This document shows, one piece after another, positions 50,401 to 58,398 of a DNA stretch of 64,000 nt (its first letter is position 1; every line of letters starts with the position of its first letter). The DNA is taken from IMG/VR virus record IMGVR_UViG_3300020160_000289, positions 1 through 64,000 of that record. One strand, 5' to 3'. Source of the DNA: a virus. The position numbers were made by a program, and so were the translations under genes. The notes under the pieces are model-generated. The model ran no database searches, had not been told where the DNA came from, and saw only the letters and a list, made by a program, of their open reading frames with translations.

Positions 50401-53400
50401 GTTGAGCTTGAACCAGGGACTGTAATTTGTTTGGATGTTTGGTATAAAGAAGTTACTGGATTATTAGCAATAACTTCTAATGCTAGATTTTTAAAATATA
50501 AGATAGCGCCAGCAGTTTCTTTTGTTTGTCCTTCGATTACACTAACCGCATTATCCCAGTAGGCATATCCTGCTTCTAAAGATTTAATATTTGATCGATT
50601 AACAATATCTTGAGCAACAGCATCCACGATTAACCCAACATCTCTAAAACATTTTTCTTCATTGTACTTGAATACGTAAGGGTTGATAAATGTAGTATTA
50701 ACAAACTCAACTACTTCGGCAACAATAAAATCTCTGTTTGCTACTAGTAGATCATATGCTCGAAGAACTGATGTTGATGTGCTAATATCTAAACCTATCG
50801 ATGATAGCTCCGGAGCAGCCGATGGTCCGTATTTTATAATTTTTCTAATTAAGTCAATGTTATCGCCAACCGCTCGAGACTCATCAGCAGTTGCTGCCAG
50901 ATAGTCTGTATTTTGTAAAATATTAGGCTGATATGTTCTTGTAGCAGTTATACGTTGAACAACTTTGTCAACTAACGCTTTCATGTACTTGTAAGCCGCC
51001 ATGGTCTGCGGTATTTCATTTATAAGAACTGTGCTGGTGGAGTTATATCCGTAATAAGAAACTCCTGCTTGTACGCTTTGTCTATTGCCGCCGCGTAATA
51101 AATCCATAGTAACGCTGTTTACTATGTACCCAGCATCTCTTCTACATTTTGTTTGATCGTATACAAAACCGCTTGGTTTATTTGCTTCAACATACGCCAC
51201 TACCTCATCTTGAATAAATGACTTATTATTTTTTAAAGTTTGAACAGCATATAATACATCAACATCTGTAGATACAGCACCGTTTGGTACGATTGTATCA
51301 GTGACCCCTGCTGTACCAACTGTTAAAATATTCAATATTACATCATATTTGTCAACAAGATCAGACACGACTGTGACACTAGTAGCCGTTACTGAGGTAT
51401 CTTGTATAGCTGTGCTTAGTTTGCTAACAGTAAAATTTTGTACTATTTGTTCTGATATCTGTTTAGCATAATTAAAAGCATTTCTTGTAATAGTCTCTTC
51501 GCCAGGTATCTCAGTTGTGCCTTGATTCCAATATTGTAGTCCGGCAAAAGTTGATTGGCTTGATCCTCCATATACTAGATCTAACGTTAAGCCGTCTAAA
51601 ATTAATCCAGTATCTCGTTCGCAATGTGATTCATTGTAAACAAAATCTAATTTTGTAAAAGTAGTATCAACATAGGCCACTACTTCGTGTTGTAAGAATT
51701 CTTTATTAGCTACTAAAAGATCGTAGCTGTTAACAATTTCCGATATTGTGCTAGGATTAACACTATTAGAAACTAAAGATGAAGTTTGCTTTCCTTGAAT
51801 TCGGCGATTGATTAATACAATATTCCTGCTAACAAGTTCAACGGCAGCATTTGTGCCGGTAGTTAAATTGACAATCTGTGTAACTGTTGATTGATAACTG
51901 TCTAATAGTTGATTTTTTAATATTACATCTCTAACGATTGAACCTAGATAAGTTATTGCTGAAACTGTTTCGTCTATTTGGTTCGCTATTACTGCTCCGT
52001 TAGAGTAACTTGCGCCAGCGGCAGTTGATTGCTCATTGCCACCATATAGCAAGTCAGTTGCTAAGGCATCGATTAATAGTCCAGTATCTCTAAAACATTT
52101 TGATCTATCGTAGGTAAAACTTGGAATTGATTGTCCTACGTAAGTTTCATTTACAAATGATACTACTTCCGCTTGTAAGAATCCTCTATTAGCATTTAAC
52201 AATGCCGCGGCATTTTCGTAACCTGGTTGATTTTCTAGAATGTCTACTAGTAAACTAATCGAGTTATCAATTCCGCCTACTACTACTGAGCCGCCATTAG
52301 ATGCTGTATTAAATGATTGAAATGCTATCGTACCTGTAGTTTTTGTAACAGTTACATTAGATACGATATCTTTAGCAATAACTCCAATCCTATTAAACGC
52401 TGCAATAGTTGCAGTAGTTTCGTTGCCTAAAATTTGAACATTGTTTACATAATAAGATTTACCAGCAGTAACAATACTTTCGTTGCCGCCTAAAATAACA
52501 TCATTAACAAGAGCATCTACAACATAACCAACGTCTCTTCTACATTTTACTCTGTCATAAACAAGATCTGAATAAAAGAAATCTACATATGAAACAACTT
52601 CGTCTTGTATAAAAGATTTATTATCTACTAATAATCCTTTAGCAGTTTGAAAATTTGGATCAGGATTTTCAATAGCGTCAATAGTGGCGACTAGTATATC
52701 TGGATCAATTAAAATACCTTTTCCGTTAATAGACATTCCTATCTCGGGCATCTGACCTGAAATTTCAGGGAGTATGTTTACAGTTATAACCGTGGTGTTG
52801 ATTACGTATGTGGATGTAGCAACTACTAATGGAACTTGAACTGTTTGATTTGGCACAAACATTGTTCCATCAAACAGCCACGGACCTGATTGATTAGTAC
52901 AGTTTTGAATATAGGGACTGTGAAATACGTCAATTGGATTATCTAGCTTAGGTGGAAAGGCAACACAATACGCACCGGTTGTGTATGTGCCAGCACCGCC
53001 CGGCACGTAGCGAGTAACTTCTCCTCGACGAAGGTCTCGCATGGTCATCCCAGTAATATAAACACCGCTGTTTACATGGAACAAATCAACTGCGTTGTTT
53101 AATGGAAATACAAAAACTCCCCTTAAGCTGTCTCCATATACAGATGTGTAAGGCAACAATTCAATAGGATTGTCTTCGTAATATTTTCCAGGAGCAACTT
53201 TAATAACAGTACCTTGTTTGTAATAAGGACTTTTAGTTGCTCCACTAATCGTACGGCAAGCACGGCTTGAGTCCATGGCTCTACCATCATTTTCGTCACT
53301 ACCGTTTTCGTTTACGTATAGTATATTATTAACAACAGGGGCAGTTCCAATTGGATTTCCGCCGTAGACTCGAATGTCTCCGTTAATTTGTACGCTCTTG

Positions 53401-54062
53401 TTTAGGGTTCTTTCTAGTAGAGGTATATCTGGAAAGAATTGAACGTTAGTATATGTACCAACAGTATCTACTTGCTTAGTAAAAATATTTTCTAAGTAAG
53501 CACTCTTCCAGTAAGAAGTAGTATTACCGATACTGTAATCAGAAATAATATTAGTATTGGTAATAAATTCTGTTACTGTAAATCCGTTAGTAACTGTGGT
53601 AACAAATGTCCCGGAACTTAGATAGGGTAATAGATCAGTATCAATCTCTCCAAGTAGACTAATCGTGTCGCTTGATGTAGTATCGCCTAATTTAATATTT
53701 CCTTGGGCAAAGAAATTTCCTGTAGCAAATACATCACCGTCAACTCGTAGGTCAGAGTTGATAAATGTATCATCTGTACCGCCTGGTGTAATATTAAATG
53801 GACCGTAGATGGTCGAAACTGTGCTACTAGATGTTGAGCTTTCTATGGTTATTAAACCGATAGTAGCGGTATTAAGGATTATTTTGGCAGCTCTAATTGT
53901 GCCTGTGTTAACATCTAACTCGTATGCCGGAGCAGATTGTCTAATACCAATTCGGCCGTTTACAACGTCAACATATAGCAAATCATCGTCAATTGCTATG
54001 TCTATGCCGTCTCGTCGCAAGTTGCTTGCGAGTAACGGACCAGTAATGCGACCAATGGCCAT
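47490..54062 (-). CDS. Giant virion protein paralogous to 39736..47070, with 8 CxRDxG repeats
   Basis: Same scaffold motifs and near-identical C-terminus (ASGYLFEY..EVVQLNNGKVFFTSTDQNGDFRIG). Confidence 0.7.
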   Translation of the reverse strand: MAIGRITGPLLASNLRRDGIDIAIDDDLLYVDVVNGRIGIRQSAPAYELDVNTGTIRAAKIILNTATIGLITIESSTSSSTVSTIYGPFNITPGGTDDTFINSDLRVDGDVFATGNFFAQGNIKLGDTTSSDTISLLGEIDTDLLPYLSSGTFVTTVTNGFTVTEFITNTNIISDYSIGNTTSYWKSAYLENIFTKQVDTVGTYTNVQFFPDIPLLERTLNKSVQINGDIRVYGGNPIGTAPVVNNILYVNENGSDENDGRAMDSSRACRTISGATKSPYYKQGTVIKVAPGKYYEDNPIELLPYTSVYGDSLRGVFVFPLNNAVDLFHVNSGVYITGMTMRDLRRGEVTRYVPGGAGTYTTGAYCVAFPPKLDNPIDVFHSPYIQNCTNQSGPWLFDGTMFVPNQTVQVPLVVATSTYVINTTVITVNILPEISGQMPEIGMSINGKGILIDPDILVATIDAIENPDPNFQTAKGLLVDNKSFIQDEVVSYVDFFYSDLVYDRVKCRRDVGYVVDALVNDVILGGNESIVTAGKSYYVNNVQILGNETTATIAAFNRIGVIAKDIVSNVTVTKTTGTIAFQSFNTASNGGSVVVGGIDNSISLLVDILENQPGYENAAALLNANRGFLQAEVVSFVNETYVGQSIPSFTYDRSKCFRDTGLLIDALATDLLYGGNEQSTAAGASYSNGAVIANQIDETVSAITYLGSIVRDVILKNQLLDSYQSTVTQIVNLTTGTNAAVELVSRNIVLINRRIQGKQTSSLVSNSVNPSTISEIVNSYDLLVANKEFLQHEVVAYVDTTFTKLDFVYNESHCERDTGLILDGLTLDLVYGGSSQSTFAGLQYWNQGTTEIPGEETITRNAFNYAKQISEQIVQNFTVSKLSTAIQDTSVTATSVTVVSDLVDKYDVILNILTVGTAGVTDTIVPNGAVSTDVDVLYAVQTLKNNKSFIQDEVVAYVEANKPSGFVYDQTKCRRDAGYIVNSVTMDLLRGGNRQSVQAGVSYYGYNSTSTVLINEIPQTMAAYKYMKALVDKVVQRITATRTYQPNILQNTDYLAATADESRAVGDNIDLIRKIIKYGPSAAPELSSIGLDISTSTSVLRAYDLLVANRDFIVAEVVEFVNTTFINPYVFKYNEEKCFRDVGLIVDAVAQDIVNRSNIKSLEAGYAYWDNAVSVIEGQTKETAGAILYFKNLALEVIANNPVTSLYQTSKQITVPGSSSTTATIVVPQLINSQLNGGYVARDLVRNNFDAIATIIENGPPFAPPSTNSTLTQFILHLSTSTIASATNDIMYIGYTTVYPEEDKNMPGEWSLDGFADRRIDPNGSGGGALVDGFAPSTRSPIQSFVFDAFTQITQGGRGIHIINEGYAQLVSVFTIFCNIAVETDAGGIASITNSNNNFGDLCLLSRGYGRRKFGGTIYNPANVAYNELTNSFEANEYYPQGYFPTSQQVCVFVPDPANRPHISLVMEVVPPDEYVNYDGITVPYINEQGFPGFLTAIVNTSSLTTSSYTVDGIDVTGVSVGQTVYIRDQFGYEADDNGDGVAYLTTGTTITEVNYQSITLSNPILQGGGQYGNGNYFNIYCCGNAYYNILSSKTVTSPYPTGQSKILGQETETIDAINYLRDISNNVVSNILMTATYSTSVAQTIDNGFPSGNNSTGFISDSLGIITGVILAGPQAAPQVKTTGTAVAGKNDAIALLKKNKIFLMNETVSYVDAIYGGFTYDEAKCSRDTGLIVDSIAIDMLYDSISQSTFAGLQYWNQDSYTGDIIDQIVQTRGAIAYLKSLVVSTAGGAPGVVAGQRFDNILDILDNGIVGISDDIVPNGFKTTDFTALTAVANVQASKESYKTQVINYITSTYGGGFSYDETKCRRDVGYIVDSVCFDMLHGGNRQSIMSGVYYYGFNPADSAIDNQIPQTEAAYNFIKAIVGDIVTGTPTSPNFQTAVPQVTNLNPATLAEAAVLQSKVDIITDIIRNGPDEAGEKVPVGLVQNANPNRLKAFALLLANKEFIKAETIAYINETFPQTFVYNKQKCRRDAGLMIDALIADLQTGGNFRSVEAAKTYYTREGTYHIATLEDNVRNQLLFVDGSTVNFYQRSYQSASGYLFEYCGAGTQYGALPQVGRVDPEQTKEVVQLNNGKVFFTSTDQNGDFRIGPTLVISQATGVLSGRTFEKSLFAQMTPFILAVEAGGSE

Positions 54063-54189
54063 TCTAGCTCCTTATACACCGAGTTTCACGGATAACCACC
54101 TTGCATTGCGGGTTTACCACAGTATAATCCTGCCAAAAATTTGGCATCGTTGTATTTATTTGGAAAGCAATATTTGTGCCGTATAGGCG

Positions 54190-54912
54190 TTAGCCTGGAG
54201 GGAAATATCCGTCGTATCCAAGCATTGCTACTACTGGCTTTGCTGGCACTGGTCCGGAGAAAGTTATATAACTTCCAGTATTAAATGTAAATGTTAATGC
54301 TGTACCTTCTGTCAGTGTTCCAGTTAACGCATTAGAGATTGTAATGTTAAATGTATTGTCTAAAGTTCCTAACACCACAGTTCCGTTTGGTATAGACGAG
54401 TCGCCTGTGACTGTTGTTCCTGGTTGAACGTTAAACACATTGTCGAGTTGTAGTATTGTATTTCCGGCAGTAGTTGTTGCTGTAGTTGTAGCCGAAGCTG
54501 GGTTAGGATCTGTTGTTAGATCGTAGTTAGTTCCGGGAATTTGAAATACGTTATCAACATAGACCATAACGTTTTGAGCGCCGGCATCGTATGACGGTTG
54601 ATAATCTTGGTTTAATGGTCCAAACAAATTGCTATAATAATTTCCACTTCCTAAATTTTGAGCCACGATCGTAGCCGGTCGTACCATTCTAACTCTTTCC
54701 CAAACATTATTTGATAGAGCTTCAAACTCTAGCATTGTTAAATTATGTCTAATTTGGCCCGGAGTTACGTCAAGCGGAAGTTCTTGAGTTGTTCCAGATG
54801 GCAGTCTTAAACTTTGTGTGGTATCGATAATAGCACGGCCATCTTGCTCTACAGCAAGAGTATTGCTTTGCGGACTATGAGAATCTAAATTTAGTCTTTT
54901 ATAAAATTTCAT
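54190..54912 (-). CDS. Hypothetical virion structural protein
   Basis: LRLPSGTT..GQIRHN and VMVYVDNVFQIPG motifs typical of fibre/baseplate proteins. Confidence 0.6.
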   Translation of the reverse strand: MKFYKRLNLDSHSPQSNTLAVEQDGRAIIDTTQSLRLPSGTTQELPLDVTPGQIRHNLTMLEFEALSNNVWERVRMVRPATIVAQNLGSGNYYSNLFGPLNQDYQPSYDAGAQNVMVYVDNVFQIPGTNYDLTTDPNPASATTTATTTAGNTILQLDNVFNVQPGTTVTGDSSIPNGTVVLGTLDNTFNITISNALTGTLTEGTALTFTFNTGSYITFSGPVPAKPVVAMLGYDGYFPPG

Positions 54913-54916
54913 AGTA

Positions 54917-55234
54917 TTAACCTACTAGAACATAGCTACATGTGCAGGTAATAATTGTATTTTGACTTGCCTGAGCTTGCACGCTGTCACCGTCTTGTAA
55001 AATAAATCTTTCTGTGTCCATGCTAAAAGTTTCTCCGGCCGGAACAGAAATTTGATTTAAAATTATATTTGCGTCACCTGCGGCAATAGCAGACGGTACC
55101 ATCCATACGCTCACTGTTGCGTCAACAGTTAAACTTGAATTACAAAATATTAAGCAGGTAACAGCGTTTTCTCCGTTGGCTACAAAGACTTCTGTTTTTT
55201 GTGATGCGCTTAATTGCGAGTTAGTGATTGCCAT
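54917..55234 (-). CDS. Small structural protein
   Basis: 105 aa; ERFILQDGDSVQA motif. Confidence 0.6.
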   Translation of the reverse strand: MAITNSQLSASQKTEVFVANGENAVTCLIFCNSSLTVDATVSVWMVPSAIAAGDANIILNQISVPAGETFSMDTERFILQDGDSVQAQASQNTIITCTCSYVLVG

Positions 55235-55243
55235 ATAAATTCC

Positions 55244-56272
55244 TTATCCAAATATAATGCTGTATACCAATGCTTTTCTAGCCGATACTAGTTCACCTGT
55301 AACTGTAACGTCTGGATTAGCACCCACGTCAATTGTTTTAAAGAACAATCCAGTGCCGCCTGCTCCAGGAGTTGATGTTGTATAAACTTTAACTACACCG
55401 TATTCTGCTTGAGGCGGTGTGTTAGACATTCCGACTGACAGTCCATTATTTACAACTGTTGTACCTGTTCCGATAGTTGTCAAGAACAAGTTTGCGTTTG
55501 GTGCTAGTGTTCTAAGAGTTGTTCCTACAACTGCTAGGCTTCCTAATTGGATACTACTGCCTTGAACAATCATAGTTCCTACACCATCAATGTAGGTTGT
55601 TATTTTACTAGGTACACCTGTAACGCTATCGTCTGCGACAGTGATATAAGTATTACCTTGTCTTAATTCTAAAGATGTTAGAGCATTAGTAGCGGTGCCT
55701 CGTAAAGCCGAGTTATCAACGTAGTATTTGTTTGGAATGTCATCGTCATGGACAACACGACTAGCGTAATTAGTTTGGCCTGCTACAGATAACACCGCGG
55801 CTGATCCTCGACCTAAGAAGTTAAGGGTGCGTCTATTAAATCCGTCTAGCGGAGCACTACTTGATAGTACGATTCCACCAACTTCGATCGCTGTACCAGT
55901 GCTTCCAGACTTTATTGTCCAAAGTCCTTGAGTTGTTTTATTAGTTTGCGTAGAAGCAACAATTGACCAAGACCTAGCATCGTCATATAAGAACGTAGCG
56001 GCTGTAATTAAACTACCGTTATTTCCTCTATCAACTAAAATACCAGCTTGTCCTAGTGTTACGTAGTTGTTACTTTCACCAGAGTTTAAAACTAAGATGT
56101 TATCTCTAACATTGGTATTTGTAGACGAGATAGCTGTTTGAACGCCACGGACGTCAAGGTTTCCTGTAATAATTACAGTACCGGTATTAACACCAGTGTC
56201 AAGAGTCAGTATACCGGCATTGCCAGTTTTGATCTTTAGATCACCAGAATATGATAAAACGTCTAAGGCCAT
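55244..56272 (-). CDS. Virion structural/fibre protein
   Basis: GNLDVRG..NVRDNILVLN..AGILVDRG motif; TAAATA upstream. Confidence 0.6.
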   Translation of the reverse strand: MALDVLSYSGDLKIKTGNAGILTLDTGVNTGTVIITGNLDVRGVQTAISSTNTNVRDNILVLNSGESNNYVTLGQAGILVDRGNNGSLITAATFLYDDARSWSIVASTQTNKTTQGLWTIKSGSTGTAIEVGGIVLSSSAPLDGFNRRTLNFLGRGSAAVLSVAGQTNYASRVVHDDDIPNKYYVDNSALRGTATNALTSLELRQGNTYITVADDSVTGVPSKITTYIDGVGTMIVQGSSIQLGSLAVVGTTLRTLAPNANLFLTTIGTGTTVVNNGLSVGMSNTPPQAEYGVVKVYTTSTPGAGGTGLFFKTIDVGANPDVTVTGELVSARKALVYSIIFG

Positions 56273-56306
56273 GTATTCTTCCTTTATACATATTTAGCAG
56301 ATCATA

Positions 56307-56330
56307 AGAAAAGGGCCAAAGCCCTTTTCT
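56307..56330 (-). terminator. Intrinsic terminator
   Basis: AGAAAAGGGC-CAAA-GCCCTTTTCT. Confidence 0.7.
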
Positions 56331-56346
56331 GTTGTGCTAATACAAA

Positions 56347-57063
56347 TTAATTATTAGCCAAAGTAACGGTGTCATTGGTTACTGCAGTAGTGATATTCCA
56401 CTTGACCCAAGACTCGTCAGCAAATTCGTGACCAGCTGAACCATATTGTTTTAGTTTTGCCTTGCGGCCATTTAACTTCATAACATAGTATGTTTTACCG
56501 GCATAGTCAGTTGCTGTTAAATCAGCTTCGCCGGCTGCGTCGGCAACACCATCATACACTAATTTAACACGGCCAACACCTTCTGATGTAGCTACTAGAT
56601 ATTTGTTACTGCCTGTTTGACGGATAATATCGCCTAATAGACGTGCTGTTCCACCAGTACCGGATACTAGACCAGCGGTACCACTAGCAGGAATATAAGC
56701 ATATATAGCAAGACCGTTAGCACGAGCAGCCGCTGTTAAACCAATTGCGTATGTGGCAGCAGATCCAGTTGTTGCTGGACTTACTGTTACAGTAACACTA
56801 CCTGTTGAAGTATAACCACTACCTGCGTTTCCGACACTAAATGCTGTTACGCGACGATCGGTTCCGATAGTTAATGTACCAGTGGCAGCTTGGCCGCCGG
56901 CAATTTGAGGTGTTGAACCTGCCCATGTATAGTTTGTTGTAGTAGAATATAGTGTACCTGTTGTAACTACCGCTACTGAAGCAAATCCTTCTCCGCCTAC
57001 GCCTTCACCGTCTAACGCTACGTTAGTGTTGGCAAAAAATTTCTTTTGAATTGGACGTCCCAT
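56347..57063 (-). CDS. Structural protein downstream of capsid gene (possible head decoration)
   Basis: MGRPIQKKFF start, GSGYT Ig-like insert, IIRQTGSNKYLV; own late promoter. Confidence 0.55.
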   Translation of the reverse strand: MGRPIQKKFFANTNVALDGEGVGGEGFASVAVVTTGTLYSTTTNYTWAGSTPQIAGGQAATGTLTIGTDRRVTAFSVGNAGSGYTSTGSVTVTVSPATTGSAATYAIGLTAAARANGLAIYAYIPASGTAGLVSGTGGTARLLGDIIRQTGSNKYLVATSEGVGRVKLVYDGVADAAGEADLTATDYAGKTYYVMKLNGRKAKLKQYGSAGHEFADESWVKWNITTAVTNDTVTLANN

Positions 57064-57141
57064 TTTTTTCTCCTTATTTGGCTACAGGGCGTTCTATGCC
57101 CATACGCGGTGGGGACCGCATAACTGTAGTCGTGTATTTAA

Positions 57142-57169
57142 CAAAAAACCCGCCGAAGCGGGTTTTTTG
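57142..57169 (-). terminator. Terminator after major capsid gene (UUCG tetraloop)
   Basis: CAAAAAACCCGC-TTCG-GCGGGTTTTTTG. Confidence 0.9.
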
Positions 57170-57193
57170 ATTGGTTTAAAGTAACTTTTCGAA

Positions 57194-58372
57194 TTAACGG
57201 AAAGAAACGTTTGCGCTTGTGATAGCAACTTTGCCTAGGTAGTCAGCTGCATTACCTAGAGAAGAAGCAGTGTTTGTCAACTCAACATAGCCGTAGCGTG
57301 TTAAGAAGCCAACTACTGGTTCGAATGTTGCTGGGTCTAGAACAACACCAGAACTCATTAGAGGAATGTAAGGGCAATAGAATGCCGCTGCATCAGCCTC
57401 GGAAGGTCCTTTGTAACCAATTAGACATTGGTTGTTGTCGTCTGTATCGCTTAGATAAGCATCAACATAGATTCTCATGCTGTTATTCAATGTACCAACA
57501 AACTTAGTGTTTGTAGGAGCTTCGAATGTACCTTCTGTTGTACGAGCAAATGCGCTTGTAGTAGCAGATTGTAGGATTGTCAAAGCCTGGTTAGAAATAA
57601 CTGCCCAGTTAGCAGAACCACGACGTGTACGCTGAGCGATCAAGTTAGCAACACGGTTGATCTGAACTGCCAATGCGGCATGCTCGTCACCAACGAATGT
57701 AGCTGTACCAGATACAGCGGCTTGGTCATAAGTTTGTTCAACTGTGCCTAGAGCACGTAAAGAACCTAGAATTTCTTGGTCGATTTCAGCAGTAATTTCT
57801 TGTGCTAAAGCGGCCATGATTTCTGCTTCGATGTCAATACCTTGCATAGCTTGAGCATCTTGTGCTGCCTCGAAAGTCCAACGAGCGCTTAGTTTACGAG
57901 ACTTAGCTTCGACTGGTGCTTTCAAGATTTGAATGCTCATACGCTTGCCTGGTTGGCCTTCTAAGATAGAAGTTGTTTGAGCTTTCGGTGTTGCATTGTT
58001 GTTACCGGAGTAACCAGCTGCAATCTTGAATGGGCTTAGTGCCTCATCTCCAGCTACCACGGAATCGCCGCTTGATGTATCAGCGTAACGAACACGTAGA
58101 GTATGGATTTGTGCTACTGGGCCTGTCATTGGTTGAACACCAACGATTTCGTTAGCAATAACGGTTGGCATAACACGACGAATAACTGGAAGAATAACGC
58201 GGTTTAAAGTTGCGATATTACCAGTGCTTGTAGCACCTGCGGATGCAGATTCTGCCAAGTACTTGCGTGTGTTTTCCAAGCAAACTGCCATTGAAGACTT
58301 ACGTGTACCGGATAGGCCTTCAAGCAGAGCTTCTTTGGTCTCTGACCATCTTTCATTTAATAATTGTGACAT
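57194..58372 (-). CDS. gp23: Major capsid protein (gp23)
   Basis: GVQPMTGP, AKSRKLSARWTFEAAQD, FYCPYIPL, TRYG motifs. Confidence 0.96.
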   Translation of the reverse strand: MSQLLNERWSETKEALLEGLSGTRKSSMAVCLENTRKYLAESASAGATSTGNIATLNRVILPVIRRVMPTVIANEIVGVQPMTGPVAQIHTLRVRYADTSSGDSVVAGDEALSPFKIAAGYSGNNNATPKAQTTSILEGQPGKRMSIQILKAPVEAKSRKLSARWTFEAAQDAQAMQGIDIEAEIMAALAQEITAEIDQEILGSLRALGTVEQTYDQAAVSGTATFVGDEHAALAVQINRVANLIAQRTRRGSANWAVISNQALTILQSATTSAFARTTEGTFEAPTNTKFVGTLNNSMRIYVDAYLSDTDDNNQCLIGYKGPSEADAAAFYCPYIPLMSSGVVLDPATFEPVVGFLTRYGYVELTNTASSLGNAADYLGKVAITSANVSFR

Positions 58373-58398
58373 TTTATGTCTTCTCCTTGAATATTAAA

